A stretch of DNA of 13,005 nucleotides from Octopus sinensis. Taxonomy: Eukaryota. Positions 1-9,427 of the stretch are shown piece by piece. The translations under genes were made by a program, and so were the position numbers. Below the pieces are notes generated by a model, which did not search any database, was not told where the DNA came from, and worked only from the letters and a program-made list of their open reading frames with translations. The stretch covers positions 1 through 13,005 of the forward strand of contig NW_021826403.1 in the NCBI RefSeq assembly GCF_006345805.1, read 5' to 3'. Positions within the stretch are counted from its first letter, which is position 1; the number at the start of each line of letters is the position of its first letter.

Positions 1-262
1 AAGTATGTTATGTATGCATATATCTGTCTGTCTGTCAGTCTATCTACATATAATATATACGCACACACATATCTATCTATCTATATATATATATATACAT
101 ACATATGTATTACACACATGCACACACGCACACATATACTTGTGTGTACATATATAGAGCAACACACACATAAGGACAAATAGGTAACTCTATATTGCTC
201 ATATACATATACTGTTATATGTTGCTGTATATAGACATATGCGCGTGTGTGTGTGTCTGTGC
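1..262. repeat. Compound microsatellite (TATG, TCTG/TCTA, TA, CA, GT tracts)
   Basis: Short tandem units read directly from the sequence. Confidence 0.9.
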
Positions 263-764
263 GTTTCTGTGTGTGTTAATATTTACGACTCAACTACTAT
301 TTTCATAAACTATTTCATGTTTTAATCTTTACACATTGAAAACTAAACTATAAAATATTCCATGCTTAATGCTTAGAAGTTGCATCGAAATAAAACACAT
401 TCCCCACGAAGTAATTCCTGTTACTTCGAAACTTTTACTCTTAAATTCATTTATTTTATTTTACTCACTCCGTAAAGTAAATGTAAATTGATTTGACTTT
501 AGAATTTTGTTTAGTAGTTTTATATAAAGAAAGCGACCTTAAAATTAAACGATTTGTGACCAAATGAAATAAAATGTTTTCGTCAGGTTTGTTATTTTTT
601 AAGTACTTCAAATGTACTTTAATTTTACCTCGAGGAAGTACTAAATCACTGATGGAGGCATTTATGTCTTTTTGCTGGTTTCAACGTTGTTCTGTTGCTG
701 GAAGCACCAAATTCTAGCAAAATACTTTTAGGTTAGCCTCTCTCTCTCTATATATATATACATA

Positions 765-1060
765 GAGGCACATGGCCTAGTGGTTAGAGCAGCGAACTCG
801 CGGTCGAGGGATTCGAGGTTCGAATCTCAGACCTGGCGATGTGTGTGATTATGAGCGAAACATCTAAGCTCTACGCGGTAATGGCGAACTTCTGCTGATT
901 CTTTCGCCACAACTTTCTGTCACTCTTTCCTCTTGCATCTTGCAGCTCACCTGCGATGGACCCGCGTCTCGTCCAGGTGGGGAACCTATACGCCAAGGAA
1001 ACTAGGAAACCGGCCCTTGTGTGCCAGACGTGGCTCGAGAATGAACAAACAACAAACAAC
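765..1060 (+). mobile_element. tRNA-derived SINE, apparently full length, with V-domain-like central module and AAC-rich tail
   Basis: Pol III A box TGGCCTAGTGG 773-783 and B box GGTTCGAATCT 817-827. Module CTGCGATGGAC..CGTC.CGTCCAG at 951-976 matches 9511-9536 (minus) at 22/26. Tail aacaaacaacaaacaac. Confidence 0.85.
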
Positions 1061-1086
1061 TATACATATCCACAAATACATGTATA

Positions 1087-1233
1087 GCCGCAGGCGTGGC
1101 TGTGTGGTAAGAAGCTTGCTTCCCAACCACTTGGTTCTGGGTTCAGTCCCACTGTGTAGCGCCTTGGGCAAGTGTCTTCTACTATAGCCCCGGGCCGTCA
1201 AAAGCCTTGTGAGTACATTTGGTAGACGGAAAC
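1087..1233 (+). mobile_element. 3'-truncated tRNA-derived SINE, same family as 8184-8590
   Basis: Aligns colinearly with 8184-8330: A box TGGCTGTGTGG, B box GGTTCAGTCCC, CTTGGGCAAGTGTCTTCT, GGTAGACGGAA. Confidence 0.9.
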
Positions 1234-1246
1234 CCACTGACACATT

Positions 1247-2412
1247 CAGGGTGCGTCAGAATATTTGAGGCTATTTGTATGAATTTAGAAAAAGTCGCAT
1301 AGCTATAGAAGAAGAGGTGTAATTGAAAACAGCATGGTGCAAATAATTTTTAGAATCCTTTTATCTCATCTATTTCGATGGCTGCTTCAATACGAGGTCG
1401 GAAGCGCTGACATGCCCGAATCAGATGATCTTAGTTAATTTTGGACAAGTGCTGAGTGGGAATTTATGTTTTGACACCTTACAATTTTGGTGCTGGTTAT
1501 GAGGGATTGAATGATGTTATGGTAGAGTTGTTTGACTTTTCACTTGACTACGTGCCATACGTAATGATCCAGTGGATTGAGGTCTGGTGAGCAAGGAGGT
1601 CATGTGCCTGGGAGAATATGATCAGGAAGATCGGCAAGCAGCGACGCTTGGATTGTGCTAGCCTTATGAGACCGCACAGACTTCTTGTTGGTAGACGTTC
1701 AATCTTCAGCTGCATACTCTGTCTATCCAGGGCCTCACAACTTTCTACATCTCGGTGTAGACAGCAGCATTGACTCTTAAACACTTTAAAACAAAAAAAA
1801 AAGTGATTAGGCATGGCATCGTTGCTGACGACTCCCAGAGTCATCACAGCTGCTGGGAACTTAGTATGCATGACTGTTGGAACCCCATTCGGGTCTATAC
1901 ATAGCCCTTTGCCGTTCCTTCGGTTTACCATTTGGTCCTGATGGAAGACTTTTCTGATCGGAGAAAAACCAGAGCATACCAGCCTCTTTGTATTTCTGAC
2001 TTCTTTCGCAAGCGCTTTACACGGATCGACCGATTCTCTGTTGTCATCTCTAACGTAAACTGATCCCACCCTCCGCATCACTTACGATTTGTATCGGATG
2101 CTTTCAAGCACAACTCTTTTGATGATACATTCTAAAACCTTGAGATCCTTTGCCATAGCTGTGATTGCCTTTCCGGGGTTTTTATTTGTTGGAAATTTGG
2201 TACTATTCTATGTGTTCTGATGATATCAGAACCTTGTGTATAGGTTTTGCGTTTAGCTGTTCATGTTGGGTCCCCGTCAGCGTTTTCAGTTCCTTTTGGA
2301 CTTTGACGACAAAGGATCAACCAGCTAACAGGAAGTGAGCTACCTCTGTATTACTATGCTGCCCTTTCTCGGCAATGATTACAGCACGCAATGATTACAG
2401 CACGCATTGGCT
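1247..2412 (-). mobile_element. Decayed Tc1/mariner DD37D (maT-type) transposon with a disrupted transposase
   Basis: Manual minus-strand translation across frameshifts gives AVIIA..HSNTEVAHFL, NPGKAITAMAKDLKVLECIIKRVV (HTH), LWFFSD (D1), VPTVMHTKFPAAVMTLGVVSN, YQQ(E/D), then *PPCSPDLNPLDHYVW (D3) and DHLIRACQRFRPRIEAAIE. Exactly 37 residues lie between the D2 position and D3. A TIR-like CAGGGTGCGTCAGAA starts at 1247; no partner TIR was found. Many stops and frameshifts, plus a 16-bp tandem duplication at 2372-2403. Confidence 0.9.
1447..1482 (+). repeat. 36-bp exact direct repeat, copy 1 (inserted in the transposase relic)
   Basis: aagtgctgagtgggaatttatgttttgacaccttac is identical to 2953-2988. 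Confidence 0.95.
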
Positions 2413-2550
2413 GAATCAGATATTATATATTTGAAAAGTAAGGTGAACAAAAAAGTCAGAAGAAAGCGGGAGCTCTTGAAAGAAAAAAACCAAAAAAACA
2501 AAAATAAAACTGTTGCTCTCTGTGTATACAGTGTACAGCAAAAAAAAAAA

Positions 2551-2608
2551 ATAATAATAATAATAATAATGATAATAATAATAATAATAATGAACTGCTC
2601 TCTCACTC

Positions 2609-2688
<80 letters not shown>
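2551..2688. repeat. (ATA)n microsatellite in two blocks
   Basis: Blocks at about 2551-2590 and 2609-2688; source of the poly-I and poly-L ORFs. Confidence 0.95.
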
Positions 2689-2690
<2 letters not shown>

Positions 2691-2796
2691 TCGAAAAATA
2701 CCTTAGGAATGAGAACCCAGGTTCGAAATTTCCCGAAGACACCTGATGAAGGCCAAAATGTTGTGTTAACAACAAACAAAATGAGGACAAATATTC
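2689..2796 (+). mobile_element. Penelope-like element terminal fragment adjacent to (ATA)n
   Basis: Contains a hammerhead relic and abuts a microsatellite. Family assignment is inferred from the known PLE-hammerhead association. Confidence 0.5.
2738..2767 (+). ncRNA. Degenerate minimal type I hammerhead ribozyme relic (helix II largely deleted)
   Basis: GACAC-CUGAUGA-AGGCC-AAAAUGUU-GUGUU. Helix I GACAC/GUGUU pairs, CUGAUGA is intact, the GAAACGUU box has decayed to AAAAUGUU, and helix II has collapsed. Confidence 0.55.
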
Positions 2797-2885
2797 TCAC
2801 TTGGTCACTTTGTCACTTTGTTAGTGACCGGCCTGAATTGAACAAAGACATCCTGCTCCATAAATGAAACCTGAATAAGCACATG

Positions 2886-2886
<1 letters not shown>

Positions 2887-2916
<30 letters not shown>

Positions 2917-2945
2917 ACAGACAGACAGACAGGCATACACACATG
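2887..2945. repeat. (CA)n/(GACA)n microsatellite
   Basis: Read directly from the sequence. Confidence 0.9.
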
Positions 2946-2952
2946 TGTAAAT

Positions 2953-2988
2953 AAGTGCTGAGTGGGAATTTATGTTTTGACACCTTAC
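2953..2988 (+). repeat. 36-bp exact direct repeat, copy 2 (likely donor)
   Basis: Identical to 1447-1482. Confidence 0.95.
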
Positions 2989-3289
2989 TACGCTAGTTGT
3001 GTGTATCAGCTTTCATTTTCTCTCCTCTTTCTTCCTTCTCAGCCTTGAATTTAAAAAAGCACCCTAAAGAGTTGGCAACGAGCAGCGAAACCGACAGAAT
3101 TGTTCTTTCATTTTTCCAGAAACAACCTTGGGATTTTATTAATCCAGCCAGATTAGTTTTTGTTTTCTCTCTGGTCAAACACAAAACGAATTTAGCGATA
3201 TATTTCATTGTCACGCAGTATTGAGTCCTTCAATCTGTAAATATGTGTCGTTATTTTAAAATAGGCCTTAAAATATAACTTAAATCTAA

Positions 3290-3615
3290 CACACACACAT
3301 ACACAAACAAACACACACATAAACAAACTCACACACACACACACAAGCAAACACACACACACTCACAGACTGGCGCGCGCAGTCATACACATATATTTAG
3401 AAAGATAAATTGTTAAAGTAGATATAGATTTATATCGTCAAATTCACACACACACACTCACACACACAAACATGCGCACAGATACAGATACACAACAGAT
3501 ACAGATACACAGATACACACAGATACACACACACACATACGCACACATGTATATGGTTCTGTATAAATTTACGCAAGCATGATATACATACATACATACA
3601 TACATGCATACATAT
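3290..3615. repeat. Interrupted (CA)n, (GATACA)n and (CATA)n microsatellite cluster
   Basis: Read directly; two blocks at about 3290-3365 and 3445-3615. Confidence 0.85.
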
Positions 3616-3721
3616 TTACCCTGATTGGTCAAAACAAACCTGTTAATGCAGATCAGGATACAGAACTCATCTGTTTCACCGGTCATAGCCAGCTCTTTAG
3701 GATTTGGTTATTTAATCAGAT

Positions 3722-3800
3722 GTATAGACAGAGTTAGAGAGAGGGGGAAAGAGAGGAGAGAAAGTACGGAACAGAGAGAGAGAGAGGGAAAGAGAGAGAC
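3722..3800. repeat. Degenerate (GA)n purine tract
   Basis: Read directly from the sequence. Confidence 0.75.
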
Positions 3801-3959
3801 GAGGATGTGGGTGTAGGCGGGGAGCAGTGTGGTTTCATTACGATGTTCTTAAATCAGTCAGCTGACGATTATTTAATAAAAGTACACATGTAAATTTCTT
3901 TATAAACTTAAACATAAACATACCACCGCGTATATCTCTCTCCCCCTCTCCCTCCCCAT

Positions 3960-4107
3960 CTCATTCTCCCTCTCTGAATTTATAAAAAACAAAAGACAAG
4001 GACAGGTATCTAAACAACAAACAGATGTATTAGTTTAACCCTCGGGAAGTGAAAGTCTTTTATATTTCGAGCTACGCTCTTCGATAGAAAGGAACACAGA
4101 AATAACA
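3960..4107 (-). mobile_element. Penelope-like element terminal fragment, related to 12183-12372
   Basis: Minus strand tttctatcgaagagcgtagctcgaaatataaaa resembles tttctgacgaagagctccgctcgaaacgttaaa at 12236-12268, with loosely similar pyrimidine-rich flanks. Abuts (AT)n. Confidence 0.55.
4057..4091 (-). ncRNA. Degenerate minimal type I hammerhead ribozyme relic
   Basis: CUUU-CUAUCGA-A-GAGC(GUA)GCUC-GAAAUAUA-AAAG. Helix I (CUUU/AAAG) and helix II (GAGC/GCUC) are retained; the core is mutated (CUAUCGA; ACGU changed to AUAU). Confidence 0.55.
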
Positions 4108-4116
4108 GGGAGAGAC

Positions 4117-4155
<39 letters not shown>

Positions 4156-4166
4156 TATATATATAT

Positions 4167-4208
<42 letters not shown>

Positions 4209-4226
4209 GTTTTATACGCATATATA
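4108..4226. repeat. (AT)n microsatellite
   Basis: Read directly from the sequence. Confidence 0.95.
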
Positions 4227-4380
4227 CGACGAGCTTCTTTCGGTTTCCGTCTACTAAATTCACTCACAAGGTTTTGGTCAGTCTGAGGTTAATAGGAGGA
4301 AACATGGCACAAGTGCCACGCAATGAGACCGGAACCATATGTTGGGGAAGCGAGCTTTTTATCACGCTGCCTCGCCTGCA
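4221..4380 (-). mobile_element. Diverged 5' half of a SINE of the 8184-8590 family
   Basis: Reverse complement gcaggcgaggcagcgtgataaaaagctcgc...ttgtgagtgaatttagtagacggaaaccgaaagaagctcgtcgtatata aligns with about 8187-8352. Confidence 0.85.
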
Positions 4381-4404
4381 TATATATATATATATATTAT
4401 ATAT

Positions 4405-4437
<33 letters not shown>

Positions 4438-4590
4438 ATATATATATATATATACATATATATACCTGGCTGTCTATTTATATATCTATCTGTCTATCTA
4501 CCTATTATATATATATTGTGTGTGTGTGTGTGTGTGTGGTGTGTGTGTGTGTGTGTTGTGTGTGTGCTACATGCATACACGCACATATGA
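4381..4590. repeat. (AT)n, (TCTA)n and (GT)n compound microsatellite
   Basis: Read directly from the sequence. Confidence 0.9.
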
Positions 4591-4962
4591 TATGTGAATT
4601 TATGGGTATCAGATATGAATAAAATGAAACCAGGTTCTAAATTCTCACTGTAAACCGTTCTCTGTCGTATTAACTTACAATCCTTCCCGTTGATCCCCTG
4701 GTTCTTCCAAAAGACTATTGAAATGTTGATCCAAGCGAAAGGTGGAAGTGGAGAGAAGAGGCGAATAAGAAGAGAGGCAGAATGACTATAGACACCAAAG
4801 TCATTCGATACGTAGTTTTCATCGAATATCTTCAGTCCCGGAAGCATAATTAACCCATTGATGACCATAATACGTCATCCTAACGCTTACTAATACTAGA
4901 CCGAGGAAAAAGTTTGTGCGCTGTGTTAAAATAATGAACTGAATGAACACACACCACAAAAA

Positions 4963-5267
4963 TCTTTATATATAAAATTGAAGTTGTGTGTGTGAGACTG
5001 TCTCCTCCGATTTAGATTCCTAACTACTCCCACATTTTGCGGTGCAGTTTAACCAAAATCGGGTATCTTATAGTCGTCATTCATATCGAGCCCTTCTTGG
5101 TATTAGCGCGCGTCTACGATGAGTCTACGATTTAAAAAAAAAATTACCATCATTTTTCCGCATTTTAAATGATTTTTGCTCGTGTTATATAGTGGAAGTA
5201 ACTCTCTAAAAATGCTTATATAGTTATTTCCCTTACAAACCCGAGCAACGACGGGCGATACTGCTAG
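4963..5267 (+). mobile_element. Non-autonomous Helitron (305 bp)
   Basis: 5' end TCTTTATATATAAAA preceded by A4962. 3' end CTAG at 5264-5267 followed by T5268. Subterminal GC hairpin CCCG(5240-5243)-8 nt-CGGG(5252-5255). No TSD. These are the canonical Helitron termini. Confidence 0.8.
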
Positions 5268-5653
5268 TATATTTTAAAAAGCATTATTTTAACACGGCGC
5301 ACCAACTTATTCCTCATCTTAATATTATTCCTCGCAAGAACCATGTCGAAAAACGTACTCATCGAGAGTTAAACTGGAAGGAAATATTGATTTAGAAACG
5401 CCTATGTAGTTTGATATAGTTTCACGTGAACAAAAATAAGGCGTATTTCAGCTGAAATGTATGTATGTAGAAAAATATGTTTCATTTGTCCAGTGCGAAT
5501 TCAATACATTCCTTTACATTGTTCAACTTTTCTATTCTTATTAATTTATACAATTTCATAAGTAACAGCACAAATGTAGCAACAAGTAATACGGGACAGA
5601 CTGCAATAAAAATCCGTCGTACACGTTTCACGTACAGAGAGATAACAATAAGA

Positions 5654-5691
5654 CTGCTGTGACGTTTCGAAGGTAAGTCCTTCATCAAAAG
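5654..5691 (-). ncRNA. Degenerate hammerhead-like motif
   Basis: Minus strand UUGAUGA-AGGACUUACCUUC-GAAACGUC-ACAG: C3 changed to U, palindromic ACGU helix III, GUC cleavage triplet. Helix I pairs poorly, and a competing GAAGG/CCUUC stem overlaps the core. Confidence 0.4.
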
Positions 5692-5963
5692 AATCTGAGA
5701 AGAATAACGAGGTACAACAGAAAGATAGAAAAGAAAAGGTGCTGAGAAGTCGTAAATATCTAAGATCGATATTCAAACCCTTGTGTTCATCAATCACACA
5801 TTCCTTCATAAATCCTGGAATAATCACGCCATGGGTTTGTCCCCTCGAGACCCCACTGCCTTCTCCTCACAAGGTTATTACTAACACGAACAAAATGGCA
5901 AATGGCGTTTACTAAATTTTACAAAATCAAAGATTTTCAGTCAGCTCTGAAATACATGTTTTT

Positions 5964-6045
5964 ACACACACACTCACACTCACATACGTACACTCACATA
6001 CATACACACATACACACACACACACACAACACACACACACCATAC
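5964..6045. repeat. (CA)n microsatellite
   Basis: Read directly from the sequence. Confidence 0.9.
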
Positions 6046-6330
6046 ATTACAAATTTGTACAACGTCCTAGTGCTTAATCATCAGTCCACCTACATCTGGA
6101 TGTGCATATATCTGCATCTATCTGCATCTATCTTTATACTAATTTGTGCATAGATACATACACACACACACACAAGCTGAGTATTTCGTCGTAGTCTTAC
6201 CTAATCAGAAAACGTGTTGGAAGCCAGCAATTCTTTGAGTGACAGTTGTCTACTATAAAATGGAAGTAAACATTACAATGACGAAATGTTAAATTATACG
6301 AATGCAATTACATGTCATATGAGGAGAATG

Positions 6331-6334
6331 TGTA

Positions 6335-6390
<56 letters not shown>

Positions 6391-6409
6391 GAGGGAGAGA
6401 GAGAGAGAG
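6331..6409. repeat. (TG)n(TA)n(GA)n compound microsatellite
   Basis: Read directly from the sequence. Confidence 0.9.
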
Positions 6410-6793
6410 AACAAAAACTTAAAAGAAGGAGCTTGATGGAGACAGAGCGTAGTAGATTTGTCGATCTAAAAGTCGATTTATTTCTCGTAGCAAATTAAAT
6501 TTTGTGATTATTTATAGCCGAAAACTTCGTCGCTAGGACGCAGGTTTCGAAAATCAAATCCATTTTCCTGAGGACGCACCATGTTGAGCCTTTCCATGAC
6601 ACATTGGAATATGTACACTCATGTACTTATGTGTGTGTGTATGTGTGTGTTTGTGTTTGTGTGTGTGTTTGTGTTGGTGTGTGTTTGTATACACACACAA
6701 ACCTGTTACCAGTTCAAACATGTTTGAAGAAAATTCGGACCCATAAGAAAGCAAATCAATGTATTTTATCATGACAAAAATTTCTTGTTGCAG

Positions 6794-6971
6794 GCAGATA
6801 GATGCAGTCATTGTACGATGATCTCTCTGTCAATTCAGTCGGCAGCGTCTGATTTTCAGAAGTTTGGTGCCGATGAGGAGATAACAACGCCGAATAGCAT
6901 GCATCCATTAGTCTGTTTAGGGAGTGGTGTGAACTGTGTACAGCAACGGATTTTCTCCATGACAAAATACG
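6794..6971 (+). other. Candidate 178-nt internal exon of unknown product
   Basis: Acceptor tttcttgttgcag at 6781-6793 and donor ACG/gtgaat at 6971/6972. One frame is open throughout (ADRCSHCTMISLSIQ...FSMTKY). The peptide is not recognised, and this could be a decayed transposon or chance. Confidence 0.25.
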
Positions 6972-6984
6972 GTGAATGTTTTTA

Positions 6985-7313
6985 TGTATGTATGTATGTA
7001 TGTACGAATGTATGTATGTATATCTATTCATGTGTATATATTAATGTGTATGTATGTATATGTATTCATATGTATATATTTATGTGTATTTATGTGTATA
7101 TAGGTGTATATGTATATATTTATATATGTTTATCTATCTACCTATAATCATACATACATTCATACATACATACATACATACATAATACATACATACATAA
7201 TACATACATACATAATACATACATACATACATACATACATACATAATACATACATACATACATACATAATACATACATAATACATACATACACACACACA
7301 TACATACATACAC

Positions 7314-7344
<31 letters not shown>

Positions 7345-7350
7345 CATACA
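6985..7350. repeat. (TATG)n followed by (CATA)n and (CA)n microsatellite
   Basis: Read directly; source of the YVCM-repeat ORFs. Confidence 0.95.
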
Positions 7351-7551
7351 GAAAGTAGATGATGATTTCATAATTTCGAACAACGCTTCACAAGTAATAT
7401 ATATATATAACGATACATGACATCTATTGAATCATATAATAAATGTGTGTAAGCAATTTTTCTCTCTAACCTGTTGTATATTTTAATCAAAGCTCACCTA
7501 CAGACATATACAATACATAATTATACAAGACGACAATATCTATAAAGGGAT

Positions 7552-7555
<4 letters not shown>

Positions 7556-7588
<33 letters not shown>

Positions 7589-7640
7589 ATATTGATGCAT
7601 ATGTGTGTGTGTGTGTATGTTATAAATATGTATGTGTGCG
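7556..7640. repeat. (GT)n microsatellite
   Basis: Read directly from the sequence. Confidence 0.9.
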
Positions 7641-7747
7641 TTGAAGTGTACGGAACCAATTTTAGATAAATCTAATCTTATCCGTTTGCCATCGTCGTGT
7701 CGCTGACAAGCGTGACGTCGTTGCTGTTGGTTCTCTCGGCTGCTTTC

Positions 7748-7748
7748 A

Positions 7749-7808
<60 letters not shown>

Positions 7809-7823
7809 TGATAATGATAATAA
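7748..7823. repeat. (ATA)n microsatellite
   Basis: Read directly from the sequence. Confidence 0.95.
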
Positions 7824-8012
7824 ACTCCGATTTTGTTGATATTTCAAAATGAAAAAAAAAAGAGAGAAGCGTGTGGTATGATGGCAAAGATTTAGGTGTC
7901 GGGCTACTTAGTGCAAGTGTTAGGTGACAATTGCACACACATCTGTAGAAGTCTATAAATCTACGGTTGTTTATTTGTAAACACTACATTGTTATAATAA
8001 TTACATCCACAA

Positions 8013-8068
8013 ACACACACACACACATAAATATATTGTATGTGTGTGAGTACATATATATATATATT

Positions 8069-8099
<31 letters not shown>

Positions 8100-8170
8100 T
8101 ATATATATATAGATATATATATATAATATATATATATATATATTATATATAATATATTATATTCTATATA
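8013..8170. repeat. (CA)n, (GT)n and (AT)n microsatellite
   Basis: Read directly from the sequence. Confidence 0.9.
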
Positions 8171-8183
8171 TAACCACACAATA

Positions 8184-8590
8184 GGCGCAGGAGTGGCTGT
8201 GTGGTAAGTAGCTTGCTAACCAATCACATGGTTCCGGGTTCAGTCCCACTGCGTGGCATCTTGGGCAAGTGTCTTCTGTGCTATAGCCCCGGGCCGACCA
8301 ATGCCTTGTGAGTGGATTGGTAGACGGAACTGAAAGAAGCCTGTCGGATATATGTATATAATATATATGTTGTGTGAATGTGTGTGTTTGTGTGCCTTGG
8401 TTGTCCCCCTAGCATTGCTTGACAGCCGATGCTGTGTTGTTTACGTCCCCGTCACCTAGCGGTTCGGCAAAAGAGACCGATAGAATAAGTACTGGGCTTA
8501 CAAAGAATAAGTCCCGGGGTCGATTTGCTCGACTAAAGGCGGTGCTCCAGCATGGCCGCAGTCAAATGACTGAAACAAGTAAAAAGATAA
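8184..8590 (+). mobile_element. Full-length tRNA-derived SINE with internal AT/GT microsatellite (resembles an abundant Octopus SINE family)
   Basis: A box TGGCTGTGTGG 8194-8204, B box GGTTCAGTCCC 8237-8247, internal simple repeat at about 8348-8392, and an A-rich end. Two partial copies occur elsewhere in the window. Confidence 0.92.
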
Positions 8591-8693
8591 ATATGCGTGA
8601 ATTTTCACCTGACGCCTCCACGAAGAAGTCTTATTAGGATAGCCACCAACACTTAAATCTTTGCCTTTATACCACTCGCTTCACTTGGGAGTT

Positions 8694-8708
8694 TATTATT
8701 ATTATTAC

Positions 8709-8803
<95 letters not shown>
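8694..8803. repeat. (TTA)n microsatellite
   Basis: Read directly from the sequence. Confidence 0.95.
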
Positions 8804-8865
8804 GTCGAAAACAAAGTACCAGTCAATTACTGAGGTCGATGGTATTGGCGCACTCAAAAGAAAAA

Positions 8866-9178
8866 GCACGTAACTTAGCGGTTAGGGTACTCGGCTTAAG
8901 ATCGTCTGGTTCGATACCTGGCGGTGCCTTGGTGTCCCTGTACATGGCACTTTATTTTATACGGTTCCAGTCCACTCAGCTGGCAAAAATGAGTTGTACC
9001 TGTATTTCAAAGGGCCAACATAGTCGAATGCAGTATCACACTGGATCTCTCCGAGAAGTACATTAAGGGGAAGCGTATTTGTGATGTACTCAGCTACTTG
9101 TAAGTTAATTTCACGAGTAGGCTTTTCTGTCGCACGGATCAGCTGGAAGCCTCGTCGTCGTGACCGACGGAGGGCCAG
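8866..9178 (+). mobile_element. Diverged tRNA-derived SINE
   Basis: A-box-like TAACTTAGCGG 8871-8881 and B box GGTTCGATACC 8908-8918. Module CCAGTCCACTCAGCTGGCAAAAATGAGT at 8967-8994 matches 9541-9568 (minus) at 25/28. Confidence 0.75.
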
Positions 9179-9297
9179 TATTCAAAGAAGGAATTACTGT
9201 CATTATCTCTAAATGTTAATGGATTACAGACTTGTTAATGCAAATGAGCAACAAAATAAAGAAAATAAAAACATGCCTTTACATTATTTGTTCTAGC

Positions 9298-9410
9298 TTT
9301 TTACGTTTTCAGTTCAAATTCTACTGAGGTCGCCATTGCCTTTAATTCTTTTGGGCCGATAAAATACAATAGTATTCAAATACTGTAATCGATGGTGGCG
9401 ATTGAGCCAT
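9298..9410 (+). mobile_element. Heavily decayed SINE relic; a related scrap lies at about 8804-8846
   Basis: B-box-like AGTTCAAATTC followed by gaggtcg..ttgccttt and gggccgataaaata..., resembling gtcgaaaacaaagtaccagtcaattactgaggtcgat at 8804-8840. Family recalled, not verified. Confidence 0.45.
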
Positions 9411-9427
9411 CTCTCATTTGTGCAATA

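Noticed and set aside
407-432. Perfect 8-bp hairpin cgaagtaa/ttacttcg followed by AAAC, as a hammerhead
   Set aside because: There is no CUGANGA upstream (cccacga) and no helix I or III. It is a simple hairpin of unknown significance.
765-840. tRNA genes at the A/B-box sites (also 8184-8250, 8866-8920, 9620-9684)
   Set aside because: No complete cloverleaf is evident, and each continues into a SINE body.
1437-1490. aattttgg direct repeat flanking the 36-mer, as a target-site duplication
   Set aside because: Both copies are needed to give the native transposase frame (KIVMSKIN), so the repeat is coincidental.
1548-2081. 177-aa ORF as an intact gene
   Set aside because: It is a chimera of frames from the frameshifted transposase relic; the catalytic motifs lie in other frames with stops.
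5546-5827. Minus-strand ORF as the C-terminus of a Penelope GIY-YIG endonuclease (HKGLNIDL)
   Set aside because: Only a GLN-like tripeptide resembles PLE ORF ends, and no GIY-YIG or RT motifs were found upstream.
1825-6574. Other CUGANGA matches (1825, 2217, 3862, 6568 plus; 580-586 and 6078-6084 minus)
   Set aside because: None is followed by a helix II plus GAAA box, and 7-mers are expected by chance.
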